Assembly: GCA_029838195.1 (NCBI GenBank)
Contig: JALGVJ010000021.1
Span: 1-63,556 of the forward strand
DNA length: 63,556 nt
Direction of reading: 5' to 3'
DNA from: Promethearchaeota archaeon
GTDB taxonomy: Archaea > Asgardarchaeota > Lokiarchaeia > Sigyniarchaeales > SOKP01
Position 1 is the stretch's first letter. Every line of letters begins with the position of its first letter. The translations under genes and the position numbers were made by a program. This document shows positions 40,827-51,339 of the stretch, in pieces. The notes under the pieces were generated by a model. It saw only the letters and a program-made list of their open reading frames with translations. It did not search any database and had not been told where the DNA came from.

Positions 40827-41792
40827 TCATGTAACTCGCCGAAGGGTTTCGAATGTTCCATAACCCTTGGAGTTCTCATCCAATTTAAATTTACCAAAAG
40901 ATTGGATGAGAATGGATTCATTACCCTCTTCATCTTTAAAGGGGACGGGAATGATGGAGCCCGCTCTTGCTTCTAAATAATGTTGTTCTCCCTGCAAATC
41001 AATGATCTCCAATTCCGAACTAACGGGAAAAATTCCATCTTCCCGAAATTCCTGTTGGATGATTTTAATTTCTTTCAGGGGGATGTTTTTCCCCTCTTTA
41101 TATAGAAACCCTCCCGTGCTCGTGCGTCCATCATCCGTGATCACGGCGGCGGGATTAATGGCCAAATTTTTATCGAACCATATCACGTAATAAAACCATG
41201 CCCCTACTCCCGTCCAATCCCGCACTCCATAAGTATGATCTCTTTGTCCCAATTCATTTTGAATAGAATATTTTTCTTCTCCAATTTCAATAATTCCATT
41301 AATCTCCGCGATTTGCTCCCAATGCTTATCACCCGCTTTTTTTCCCACTTCCAAAGATTCAGGAGTCATGTATTCACTATATTCATATGTATCATTAATC
41401 GCTTTAAACTCTAAATCCATTTTTACTGATTTCATAGCTTCTACTAAGGAAGGATCTTCTCGAACTCGTGGTAAATCTTCAGAATTTTTAACAAAAATCA
41501 TTTTTCCCTTAAAGTGATACCTCCAATAACCATCGTCAATATTTTCATGGATAATCTTTCCTACACGCAAGGGGGTTGAATATTCTCTTGCTTTATTTAA
41601 TTGAAAATAACCCCCGCCCGCTCCATCGGGTAAAAATAAAAAGAAAAATGTCATGCCTTCAGGCTTATTTGGCTTAAATCCAAGCCGCGACATGCCTCCC
41701 AATTCATGTTCTTTACTATAAAATACAAAATAATACGATTCATTCCATTCTGGGTGATTAGTACGCAAGTGAAAATGAGTCAAGGGTTCCAT
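40827..41792 (-). CDS. Conserved hypothetical beta-barrel protein (AttH/tocopherol-cyclase-like fold suspected)
   Basis: WNESYYF, HWEQ, GQRDHTYGVRDW motifs. Confidence 0.6.
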   Translation of the reverse strand: MEPLTHFHLRTNHPEWNESYYFVFYSKEHELGGMSRLGFKPNKPEGMTFFFLFLPDGAGGGYFQLNKAREYSTPLRVGKIIHENIDDGYWRYHFKGKMIFVKNSEDLPRVREDPSLVEAMKSVKMDLEFKAINDTYEYSEYMTPESLEVGKKAGDKHWEQIAEINGIIEIGEEKYSIQNELGQRDHTYGVRDWTGVGAWFYYVIWFDKNLAINPAAVITDDGRTSTGGFLYKEGKNIPLKEIKIIQQEFREDGIFPVSSELEIIDLQGEQHYLEARAGSIIPVPFKDEEGNESILIQSFGKFKLDENSKGYGTFETLRRVT

Positions 41793-41934
41793 GAGACTTT
41801 CAACTCCATGAGAAAACTTGTTCTAATTTTTAATATATCTCGAAATAACACCATGAGTATAACAATGATCGCACGATTTTAAAATTTTCAAATTTATCTC
41901 GCCCCTCGTGATAATTCTTAATTCATGACTTAGT

Positions 41935-44673
41935 TCATTCATCTAAAATCTTCACGGTACCCTCTTGACCATTGAGCAAAACCAATTGTCCTGTCTGAAA
42001 AATTTTACACGCGTTCTCAATATTTGTAACGGCGGGGATGCCGTATTCTCGACTTACAACAGCACCATGGGATAAGATACCTCCCGTTTCCGTTATGAGG
42101 CCACCAATCATGCTAAAAACGGGAGTCCAACCCGGATCTGTCCGGGAAACGACCAGGATTTCTCCCTTTTTAACTTTAGAGAGTTGATTTATTTCATTTA
42201 ATATCCTCACGCGGGCCGTGATGAGTCCTTGACTGGCCGGGATTCCCTGGAAAACGGTATCATGAAATTCATGCTGAAGCACGTCATTAAATTCTCTTGA
42301 GCCAAGAAGGAATTTGGAAGGCAGAATGTTTTCATTTTGCTTGAATTGTTCATATCTTCTTTCTATATTGGTTATTAGTTTTTTTAGTTGCTGTTCAGTT
42401 AAAGTTCTTTTAGCAACCTTTTTTATTTCTTGTTTCTTGAAAAAGAAAATTTTTTCTTCAGTATCAATGATTCCTTGCTCTTTGAACATGTTCCCAATTG
42501 CAAGAAAAATTTTCCTGTTCTTTGTTATCCATCTATCTAAATTAAATCTTTGATTTTCACGGAAATTAATGTAGGTTCGACTAAAATTTAGAATCGTTGA
42601 GAAGATTTTCCATTTGAGAAATCCGAGTCGTTGGGAACGAATTTTAGACTCAACAAGATTCTCGATCAATTTTTGTCTTTTCTCTTTTTTCAATTTCAAT
42701 TTTTCAAGATCATCCCATTCTTCTGAGATAAGAGATTTTAAGATATCAAATAAATTTGTCATGGGTGGCTCTCTCCAGCGGGGATAATAGATTTCACGAG
42801 TAAATCCTCTATCACCAAACAATTCTAAGAAATCATTGAATTTTTTTAAAAATGCTTGAAAGCTAGAATCTTTTTCTGATAAAAGGTAAGAATAGATTGA
42901 ATCGGAGGGGAGTTCCCTCATCTTTTTTTTAAGAGCGGGATGCACGTTGATAAACGATGCTAACTCATGAATCTTTTCATTCGTCTCCGTTAATTTATTT
43001 TTCAAGCCTGAAATCAAAATGGGATAATACTGATTGCATTCTTCTTTACTGAGAAACTTGGTCAAGAGATATTGGACGAGTAAATTCATGCCGATATTAT
43101 GAACGGGGATTCCATATCGAATGAGGCGAAAATGAGTAATCATTTTCTCTTCTAAAGCGCTTGCCAAATCCAATAAAGCATTTACATCTTTTTTATTCTT
43201 AATTTTCTCAAATCGTTGATCCAGTGAACGACAAAAGGGCACGAATTCTTCCTTAGACCAATTCTCATATACTTGGTTAGTTTTGGTGATAGAGCCATTC
43301 GGATCATGAATCATGATACGAAGTTCCGCCACAATTCGTCGTAAGGCATGAAAAGGCAAGTCTTTAATGGTTTCTTTTCCAAAAGAACCTTTCCCTTCCG
43401 GAAAATAATTAAGTAAATCTTTATTTCGCATTAATTTAGGGATTTCATTTTCCACTTTATTCTTTAATACGTTTAAATTAAAATATACGTGAGCTTTAAA
43501 CAATTTTAAGAGCCGCTTGTCCATTCTTTTATAACCCATAATGGAATTTAATTCCATGTTCACGATTTTTGTAAGAGGATCTCCTAAAAGTTCAAAATAT
43601 AGGGGAGATACATTATCATTCCAGTAATCGTCCGAATATCCTCTGCTCCACATGATTGCTTCTTGTTTGCTATGCTCAGGTTTTTTCAAAATGGTAATCG
43701 GTCGTGCTTGTAAGGGTATGAAGTTGTTTCTCTCATCAATTGCCCATTCTATATCTTGGGGTATTCCATTAAAAATTTTTTCTATTTTTACGCCCATTCG
43801 CGCAAGTTCGAGAATTTGGCTCGTCGTTAGTGAAGAGGTTTTATTTTCTTCTTCGGTTAGATGGATAACTTCCGTACCATGTTCATTTTCAGTGTTTTTT
43901 GGGATTATTGCGATATTTTTATTTCCAATTCGTTTATTGAGGATCCTAAAGGTTTCTTTTCCTTTTTTCGATTTTTTACGTTCCACAATATATTGATCGG
44001 GACAGCATGTTCCCCCAACGATTGATTCTCCTAATCCAAAATTAGATTCCACGATCATTTCATGTGTTTTAAACGTCATGGGATTCATGGTAAATAGCAA
44101 GCCCGCACATCTCGCCGGTATCATTTTTTGAATGATTGAGGCAAGTTTTACCTTCTCTTGAGGGATTTGATGGGCATGTCTATAGGAAATTGCTCGAGCA
44201 GTCCATGCGGACGCATAACATTTTTTTAAATGAAGGAGGACTTGCTCCACCGATTTTAAATTTAAATAGGTATCATATTGTCCCGCAAAGGAAGCTTTAG
44301 GCAAATCTTCTGCTATAGCGGAAGAACGCACGGCAACTTCAGAAAACTTTCGATTTTTAAGTTCCTGTTTTACCATGGCTTCGATGGAAGGTGGAATTGT
44401 TCCTTTTACAATTGCATTTCGAATTTCTTCCGCTTGGCGCTCCAAAGATTCTGCATTGTAATGATCTATTTTGGATAAGAACTCGTGAATTTTCATCTCA
44501 AGATCATTGAATTGCAAAAATTCTTGATACGCACTCGTAGTTAAAACAAAGCCATCTGGAATTTTAAATCCATTCCTCAATAAACATGCTAAATTGGCGG
44601 CTTTATTGCCTACGACTTCCACGTTTTTATTCGAAATCTCTTTTAAATCCTTAATGTACAAGGAAAGACTCAT
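41935..44673 (-). CDS. PEP synthase/rifampicin phosphotransferase-like protein (ATP-grasp, substrate domain, C-terminal His swivel)
   Basis: VGNKAANL, AVRSSA..ED...SFAGQ, ESNFGLGE, DIEWA, LQARPIT; C-terminal TDPGWTP, GGILSHGAVVSREYGIPAV. Confidence 0.88.
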   Translation of the reverse strand: MSLSLYIKDLKEISNKNVEVVGNKAANLACLLRNGFKIPDGFVLTTSAYQEFLQFNDLEMKIHEFLSKIDHYNAESLERQAEEIRNAIVKGTIPPSIEAMVKQELKNRKFSEVAVRSSAIAEDLPKASFAGQYDTYLNLKSVEQVLLHLKKCYASAWTARAISYRHAHQIPQEKVKLASIIQKMIPARCAGLLFTMNPMTFKTHEMIVESNFGLGESIVGGTCCPDQYIVERKKSKKGKETFRILNKRIGNKNIAIIPKNTENEHGTEVIHLTEEENKTSSLTTSQILELARMGVKIEKIFNGIPQDIEWAIDERNNFIPLQARPITILKKPEHSKQEAIMWSRGYSDDYWNDNVSPLYFELLGDPLTKIVNMELNSIMGYKRMDKRLLKLFKAHVYFNLNVLKNKVENEIPKLMRNKDLLNYFPEGKGSFGKETIKDLPFHALRRIVAELRIMIHDPNGSITKTNQVYENWSKEEFVPFCRSLDQRFEKIKNKKDVNALLDLASALEEKMITHFRLIRYGIPVHNIGMNLLVQYLLTKFLSKEECNQYYPILISGLKNKLTETNEKIHELASFINVHPALKKKMRELPSDSIYSYLLSEKDSSFQAFLKKFNDFLELFGDRGFTREIYYPRWREPPMTNLFDILKSLISEEWDDLEKLKLKKEKRQKLIENLVESKIRSQRLGFLKWKIFSTILNFSRTYINFRENQRFNLDRWITKNRKIFLAIGNMFKEQGIIDTEEKIFFFKKQEIKKVAKRTLTEQQLKKLITNIERRYEQFKQNENILPSKFLLGSREFNDVLQHEFHDTVFQGIPASQGLITARVRILNEINQLSKVKKGEILVVSRTDPGWTPVFSMIGGLITETGGILSHGAVVSREYGIPAVTNIENACKIFQTGQLVLLNGQEGTVKILDE

Positions 44674-45021
44674 GAGCTAAATATCATCTCTCATTAAAGG
44701 ATTGATATTAATTTTATAAATCTGCATTAGTAATTAATTGTTTTAAAAACTTTTAAATATTTAATTATTACTTAGATGGTTTAAATTAACGCTGAATTTA
44801 TCTCAATATGAGAATTTATTGTTTCAATTAATTCTTATTTAACAAGATTCTTGGCAAAAGAAATTGATTTTTCGATATACTTAACTTTCTATTTTTAAAA
44901 GGATTGAGTTTCATCATTAACTCAAGTTTATCTATACGTGCTTTTTTTTCTAAAGAGAGAGAATGAGAGAAGAATTTTTTTGTAACGAATTAGAGGGTAT
45001 AAAATAAAAGAAAGAAAGAAA

Positions 45022-45624
45022 CTAAGTTCGTTGAGAAACTGATGTAATCACATTGGCATGATATGTTCCCGTAAAAATCAATTGCAAAATCTCTTCGAAA
45101 CAAGTTAAAATTCCCTCTCCGTTTACGGCAATCGTTTTTTTAACGGATACATTCTTATATTTCGCATGATTGATATCTTCTAAAAACTTAGATATTTCAA
45201 ATTTCTCAGGCAAGTCTTGCTTGTTAAAGGCAATTACGATTGGTAATTCAAAGCTTCTTTCTCCAAAATACGAATTTAATTCATTCCATGAGATTATATT
45301 TCTTCTATATGCAGAACGTTGAGAATCCACGATAAAAATAATACCATCAACTGCACGCAGCGTAATTGGACGAGTAACTAAATAAAAGTCTTGACCGGTC
45401 GTGCTATACACGTGTACTTTTAATAACCAATCCGTATTCTGAAATTTGATGGTACCATAATCGAAAAATAGCGTTCTTCTAAGGGAATTTTCAATGCTAA
45501 TTACTTCATTTTTATTTCCAAAATGTGAAAATAATGCAATTAGGGACGTCGTTTTACCAGAGAGTGCGGGACCAAAATAGACAATTTTTAAATTAATAAT
45601 TTTCTCTAAGGGGTCTAAGATCAT
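45022..45624 (-). CDS. MglA-family small GTPase
   Basis: LKIVYFGPALSGKTT, RTLFFD, TTGQ..Y...R, VDGIIFIVDSQ, NKQDL. Confidence 0.88.
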   Translation of the reverse strand: MILDPLEKIINLKIVYFGPALSGKTTSLIALFSHFGNKNEVISIENSLRRTLFFDYGTIKFQNTDWLLKVHVYSTTGQDFYLVTRPITLRAVDGIIFIVDSQRSAYRRNIISWNELNSYFGERSFELPIVIAFNKQDLPEKFEISKFLEDINHAKYKNVSVKKTIAVNGEGILTCFEEILQLIFTGTYHANVITSVSQRT

Positions 45625-45722
45625 TTCTTGCTCATGCTTTTATTTTTTTTAATGTGTTTACATGAAATTATATAAAAGGCAAGATTTTTTCTCATCCATG
45701 AGGCGAGCAAGAAGTTTGATGG

Positions 45723-46157
45723 TTATAAATCCTTATCATGAAGGTTAGAAGGATTTTGGGAAAATATTATGGATTCTCCTCTAATCATACCGGGGAATTC
45801 TCCTCTTAAAATTAGAATTTCGATTTCCCTCTTGATGAGAGAATTATCCATTATCAATTGTTTCTTCTCTCGAACATGATGATTCAATTCTTCAAAGGAA
45901 ATGGATTCTCTTGAATGTGAAAATTCATTGAGAATGTTCAAAAGAATCTTTTGATTATACAGGGAACGTGCATTTGAATCTAACTGATACAATGAGTGGG
46001 TTAAATTATAATCGAAATCACCTTCCCGCTCAATTTTCTTTAATTTATCGAGAATTTTAATTGCTTCTCCATATCGATCCTTTTGCATTAATTTGCGAGC
46101 TTCATTTAATTCTCGAATAAATAATCGTTCTGAATTTTCTCCTCTTTCTTCTTTCAT
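45723..46157 (-). CDS. Hypothetical protein: helical hairpin plus C-terminal winged-helix (PCI-like)
   Basis: TPR-like ARKLMQKDRYGEAIKIL; ISFEEL...IKREIEILILRGEFPGMI. Confidence 0.55.
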   Translation of the reverse strand: MKEERGENSERLFIRELNEARKLMQKDRYGEAIKILDKLKKIEREGDFDYNLTHSLYQLDSNARSLYNQKILLNILNEFSHSRESISFEELNHHVREKKQLIMDNSLIKREIEILILRGEFPGMIRGESIIFSQNPSNLHDKDL

Positions 46158-46426
46158 GTTCGTTATAATTTAAGATGTTTTAGAGAAATTTGATTATACT
46201 AAAGCTGACATGCTACTTGAATTTATTGTTTAGAAATATTAAACAAGGTGCTCTATTATCAAAGTCGAAAACCCTTAATTTTATTTTATTTATATTTCTT
46301 AAGTGAATCAATTAAAAAAAAAATAAACATGGCTAATCATTCATGAAATAAAATCGTACGATTTTAATAGGTAATATCGTTTTATATAATATAGAACATG
46401 ATTAATGGACTAGATAAGTGAATAAA

Positions 46427-46660
46427 ATGGTAGATAAAGAAAAAATAAAACAGATAATTGATAAAATCCGTCCGCAATTACAAATGGATGGAGGAGATGT
46501 AGAATTAGTGGACATAGGAGATGATGGAACCGTTAAAGTACGGTTAATGGGACACTGTGCGGGCTGCATGTACGCCCAGGAGACCTTGAAGCTTGGAATT
46601 GAACGAGTCATAAAGCAATACGTCCCGGACGTAAAACAAGTAGTTAACGTGCCCTATTAA
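46427..46660 (+). CDS. NifU-C/Nfu-type Fe-S cluster carrier
   Basis: IRPQLQMDGGDVELV, VRLMGHCAGC, TLKLGIE. Confidence 0.93.
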   Translation: MVDKEKIKQIIDKIRPQLQMDGGDVELVDIGDDGTVKVRLMGHCAGCMYAQETLKLGIERVIKQYVPDVKQVVNVPY

Positions 46661-46786
46661 ATCCTAAAGTAATTCAAGTGAATATTTTCCTTCTCCTTAC
46701 TTTCTTTTTCCCGCAAATAATAGATAAAATGGAAGAATTTCTTTTAATTTCATCTTTAAATTTAAAAAATGAATTCCCTTTCAATA

Positions 46787-48319
46787 TCATTCCGTTTTGG
46801 CAATGAAAATGGGTGGGATGCAGAAATATGCCATGGAACAATCGTTTCCTTTCATTTTCTTAGCTAATTTAATTGCCTCATCTAAATTTTTGGTAGCTTG
46901 ATAACCTAAAGTAGTAATGACCTTTTGATTTTTTGCTCCGGCAACGATAATTTTACTCACATTTAAAAGTCCCAAGACGCCCCAATAATAAATTATAGGC
47001 GCATGGGTGCCGTGATAAGCAAAATTTTCCTTATATAATTTCAGATATTTTTTATCATGTAAATATTCTTGTTCAATGGTTTTTAAATTAAAGATATCAG
47101 GTTTTTGACGTAAGACATTTTCATAAAAATCGTAATAGGAGGGATGTTGTTTTTTATCAAATTTTTCATTAGCAGGATTAGAGATGATAATGAGTCCCTC
47201 TTTTTTTAGGGGCGGCTTTCCAATGTACATGTTATAGAGGTATCCCGAAACAAGAGCGTGTAGAAGCAAGGGATTTAAAGATGACCCGATATTGTAAGGA
47301 GAAACATTTGGCACGCCATAAATGATCACATCGTATTGATGTTTAATGGGGACAACAAGTTGTTCATGAAGTAAACTTAAAGCTTTTTCATGAGCTTTTT
47401 CAATCTCTCCCGCAAACACTCCAATTAATTCATAACCCGCTTTTAATCGTTTTCGAACGAAGGCCTTGAAAGTGTGAGGCATGAATTTTAAAAATCGCAA
47501 GGCAATCTTGCGCCATAGAGGAACTTTTGAATCGGGAGACTTTAATGGTTGATAAATTTTTTCGAAAATTCCCGTATAAAATCGTGTATTTAATACCATT
47601 TCCACGGTAAAAATGGTCAATTTATCTTTTATCATTCTTCCCATTTCCCAGATCATTTCATGCAAACGAGAGTTAGCAGGATCCATGAATGCACCTTCTT
47701 TTAATATTTCGGGCGAATGATGGGGAATAATCGTAGTGAAATCACCTAAACCCACGATGATGGATTTCCACCCACCATTAAGAGGAGTAAACGTAATATT
47801 CAAATAGATTATTAAATCCGCCTCGACTGCCAACTTGTTCATTCTAATTTCTTCTCCCGTGGTTAGCTTGCCTAAGGACACGTGATTATCCTTCTTGCTA
47901 ACATCATTATTATATATTTGAGATTTAAATGCAGTGTATATTTTTTTCCCCAACATATGTTTTAATTCCCGTGGAGTACATTTTCGATGAAGTCCCGTTG
48001 CGCATGTAAAGCGAATGTTTTCCTTTTTTACTCCAATATCCGTTAATTTTTCAACAATTACTTCTGCGGCAAGGGCTCTTACATCTTTTTTCATTGGGGG
48101 CAAGGGAACCGAGATATCATCAAAACAAATGGAAATTTCACTAGCATTAGTGATTAATTCACCGAGTTTTTTTGATTCTATTGGATTTTCAATGGCTTCT
48201 TTTATCGCATTTCTTGCATTTTCAAGGGGACGCATGGGGTCCTTCGCATGATAAATATCGATGTTATCAGAAAAATCATGGAGAAACACGTCATCACCAA
48301 AATAAATTATCTCCTTCAT
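46787..48319 (-). CDS. Lactate racemase (LarA/DUF2088) domain protein
   Basis: AIENPI, DDISVPLP, ATGLHRK, GGWKS. Confidence 0.8.
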   Translation of the reverse strand: MKEIIYFGDDVFLHDFSDNIDIYHAKDPMRPLENARNAIKEAIENPIESKKLGELITNASEISICFDDISVPLPPMKKDVRALAAEVIVEKLTDIGVKKENIRFTCATGLHRKCTPRELKHMLGKKIYTAFKSQIYNNDVSKKDNHVSLGKLTTGEEIRMNKLAVEADLIIYLNITFTPLNGGWKSIIVGLGDFTTIIPHHSPEILKEGAFMDPANSRLHEMIWEMGRMIKDKLTIFTVEMVLNTRFYTGIFEKIYQPLKSPDSKVPLWRKIALRFLKFMPHTFKAFVRKRLKAGYELIGVFAGEIEKAHEKALSLLHEQLVVPIKHQYDVIIYGVPNVSPYNIGSSLNPLLLHALVSGYLYNMYIGKPPLKKEGLIIISNPANEKFDKKQHPSYYDFYENVLRQKPDIFNLKTIEQEYLHDKKYLKLYKENFAYHGTHAPIIYYWGVLGLLNVSKIIVAGAKNQKVITTLGYQATKNLDEAIKLAKKMKGNDCSMAYFCIPPIFIAKTE

Positions 48320-48447
48320 GTTTATTCCACTTTAATCGAGCAATATTAGCAATTTGATTTAGAAATAATTTATTTTTATAATAAAGTTAAAAACCTTTTT
48401 AAGATTTATATCTTTAATTCTAGAAAGAATTAGTTTTTATTTACATC

Positions 48448-49725
48448 ATGTCAGACGAAGAAAAGAAAGGATTTAAAAGTTCGGAGGCCTCAGAGGATAA
48501 AGTACAAAAAACAGAAGAGAAAAAGAAGCCCGTAAAAAAGACTCAAGCCCAGATCCTTCAAGAAGCCTTAGGATTGAAACCAGAAGACATTCAATCCATT
48601 GAACATAAGCTATTTATTGCCCGTTTTACCGACTATTTTTCTGAACAGCCCCTAGATTTCATTTATAAAGATAAACAATTGAATAGCTACAAGCATGAAT
48701 TAAATGAGCGCATGAACATCTTAGAAAAAAGAAGTGAGGAGGACAAGTTAATTAAAAAAAGTTTCGAAGATAAGCAGATACCTAGTATTTTGGATAAATT
48801 AAAACAGAAAGCCGAAGAATTAGCACGAAATAATGGGATTAAAGAATCCTTTGATAAAAAGATGAGGAAATATAGCCTATTGACTACCCTTCCAATGTTT
48901 GGGGTTTTAATTTTGTTAACATTCTTGCAGATTGGGAATTTTTATTTCATTATTTTTCCTCTATTATGCTTTTTCTGCCTCATTCCACAGATAATACGGG
49001 GGAGGATCATGAAACAATGGTTTACCTTTAAAGAAGAGCATAGAAATGACTTTTACATGGAAAATCGAGAAGATATCATGATCTTAAAAGGTTTTACGGG
49101 AGATGTTCTCGCTAACTTGCGATCGAGTCTTCTTGAAATGAAGGCTCCATTGCAGATTTTCAAGTTCATGCTATATAGTCAAGATTATGAAAATTTAAAG
49201 TTAATAACGCAAAAAAGAATGAGAGGCGGAGGCGTGCAGTATTATTATCATTTTGAATATCCTGAAGGAATGGAACCATTTCCCATACCCGAAGAGTTAA
49301 AACAAGCATATCAGCCAAGAGCACGCCCCTCAGCTGAAAAAATTTCATCGCAAGAACCGGAGAAAAATTTCATTATTTTAACTGAAATGAAGGGGAAAGA
49401 TGGCGTGATATCTTCCTTCGTTCCGGCACTAAAAGATAATTTAGCGGAAAAAATAAATAATGTCTTGAATGATTCAGAATTTCAAAAGATTTCAAAAAAA
49501 ATTACAGAGATAATCCCTGCCTATTCTGAAGAGATGGCGATTTACTGTAAATGCGGAGAGATTGTGGAAATAGAAGATATTCATGAAAGTACTTGGAAAG
49601 ATCAGTTTAAATTTTATCTTTTTGAGGGAGCTCCGTGTAAGTGTGGAGAAAAGATATATGCTCTTTCAAAAATGGATGAAAAAGTGGAAGTTCCTGGGGA
49701 ATTAAAAGACGTTTTTGAAGATTAA
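48448..49725 (+). CDS. Hypothetical 2-TM membrane protein with C-terminal CxC...CxC putative Zn site
   Basis: Charged N-terminus, two hydrophobic helices, YCKCGE and PCKCGE. Confidence 0.7.
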   Translation: MSDEEKKGFKSSEASEDKVQKTEEKKKPVKKTQAQILQEALGLKPEDIQSIEHKLFIARFTDYFSEQPLDFIYKDKQLNSYKHELNERMNILEKRSEEDKLIKKSFEDKQIPSILDKLKQKAEELARNNGIKESFDKKMRKYSLLTTLPMFGVLILLTFLQIGNFYFIIFPLLCFFCLIPQIIRGRIMKQWFTFKEEHRNDFYMENREDIMILKGFTGDVLANLRSSLLEMKAPLQIFKFMLYSQDYENLKLITQKRMRGGGVQYYYHFEYPEGMEPFPIPEELKQAYQPRARPSAEKISSQEPEKNFIILTEMKGKDGVISSFVPALKDNLAEKINNVLNDSEFQKISKKITEIIPAYSEEMAIYCKCGEIVEIEDIHESTWKDQFKFYLFEGAPCKCGEKIYALSKMDEKVEVPGELKDVFED

Positions 49726-49735
49726 AATAGCATAT

Positions 49736-51085
49736 TTATTTCTTTTTTATTTTTGAATAATAATCGTAAAGTAAGCGATATCCTCGAACTGCACGCTCCA
49801 CTTCGTTTTCAAACACGGGTATTTTCAATTCCGATGCCGTAGTTAACACTCTTTTTGAGCCTTCCCGTTCCGCTTGGACTAAAATGGCGATTATGGGTTT
49901 ATTTGGATAATCTTGCTGTATTTTTTGGAAAATGCCGAAATCAAATTCTATTTCAAGAAAAAACTCAAGAGCCAAAATTAATCCGTCTACATTGTCATCA
50001 CTCAAAAGAGTGGTTGCCGAAGTGTTATAAATTCCACAGATTTTAACACCTACAAACTTTTCTGGAGGCCAATAATCGACGGGATTGCCATATTCACAGG
50101 TACTTCCTCCGATTTTGTTTAAAATAATTGCCTGAGATTTTTTATTGGGTCTTGCCAAGGATAATTTTTGTTTTCGCATTTCTTTCACGATTAAATGGAT
50201 GGCACCAGAAGAGGGGCCAATGATTCCTAATCTCGTGCCTCGTGGTTCCGGACACCATAAAAATATTTTGGCAATATCAAACAGCTCAATATAATTTGCT
50301 ACGGGGATAGCGCCTGCTTCTATTAATAATTTTTCCCTTTCTTCTTCCTTCCCCACGTGGAAAAAAAGAATGGGTTTAATGGGTGTTATTTTTTTTACAA
50401 CATTAACTAAGGAATTTGAAATTTCTCTTAAAAAGAGAGAAATGACTTTTGTGGTACTGTCTTCCAAGAGATATTCTAAAAAATCGGCTTCATCCACGTG
50501 AAAACCTTTACCCACGTGAATTACTTTAGATATGGGTAAATTTTGAAGCGGCATCCACCACCCTAATGCTCCTGCTAAACCTCCCGATTGAGCTATAAAA
50601 CTAATCCCTTCTTGAATGGCCTTATTGGATTTCATGATGTGTTGACGAACAGGAATCATCGAGGTAGTGAAATTATCGATGAAATTAATTATACCGATCA
50701 TGGAGGGGCCTAAATACGTGATCCCATATTTTTCACATATCATGTTTAATTTTTCCATAAATGAGACGTGATCAACCCCAGGTTTTAATTCGGATTGGAT
50801 TGTAACATACTTAATTCCGAATTGCCCTAATTGTTCTAATATTTCCAAGATATTGCTACTTAATACGATTACAGCAAGATCGGGAATCTCAGGGAGTTCT
50901 TTAAATGAATGATACGATTTAAGCCCCAATATTTCGTTTGCGTTAGGATTAATTATATATAACTTTCCCTTGTAAAAAATTTCGAGTAAATTCTTCACGA
51001 TGGTAAAACTGAACGTATAGGCTTGTCTTGAAACGCCCACGATCAAAATACTTTTCGGATTAAAAAACGGCTGAAGGTTTTTCAC
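49736..51085 (-). CDS. ADP-forming acyl-CoA synthetase alpha-subunit homolog lacking the phospho-His loop
   Basis: FFNPKSI..VGVS, INP, PDLAVI, LGP..IG, QSGG, NPVD; SHTG segment absent; GTG start. Confidence 0.82.
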   Translation of the reverse strand: MKNLQPFFNPKSILIVGVSRQAYTFSFTIVKNLLEIFYKGKLYIINPNANEILGLKSYHSFKELPEIPDLAVIVLSSNILEILEQLGQFGIKYVTIQSELKPGVDHVSFMEKLNMICEKYGITYLGPSMIGIINFIDNFTTSMIPVRQHIMKSNKAIQEGISFIAQSGGLAGALGWWMPLQNLPISKVIHVGKGFHVDEADFLEYLLEDSTTKVISLFLREISNSLVNVVKKITPIKPILFFHVGKEEEREKLLIEAGAIPVANYIELFDIAKIFLWCPEPRGTRLGIIGPSSGAIHLIVKEMRKQKLSLARPNKKSQAIILNKIGGSTCEYGNPVDYWPPEKFVGVKICGIYNTSATTLLSDDNVDGLILALEFFLEIEFDFGIFQKIQQDYPNKPIIAILVQAEREGSKRVLTTASELKIPVFENEVERAVRGYRLLYDYYSKIKKK

Positions 51086-51339
51086 GGCTCATTCCTACTT
51101 GGAAAGTAATATCAGATCTATAAGAAGATAAGAGGATCATTTCTTAAAAGTATAATTTTACTTGAATAAAATTTAATTAGAATTACACTAATATCTTAAG
51201 TAAAGGGATTTGAGAAAAGAATCAACATTTTGCTCAGCTTTCCCTTTTGTAAAAGAAGAAAATTCTCTAAATATATTATATTTTTTAAAAGAACGTGATA
51301 AAAATAAGACCGATTAAGAAGGTAAAGTAAAATTGAAAA

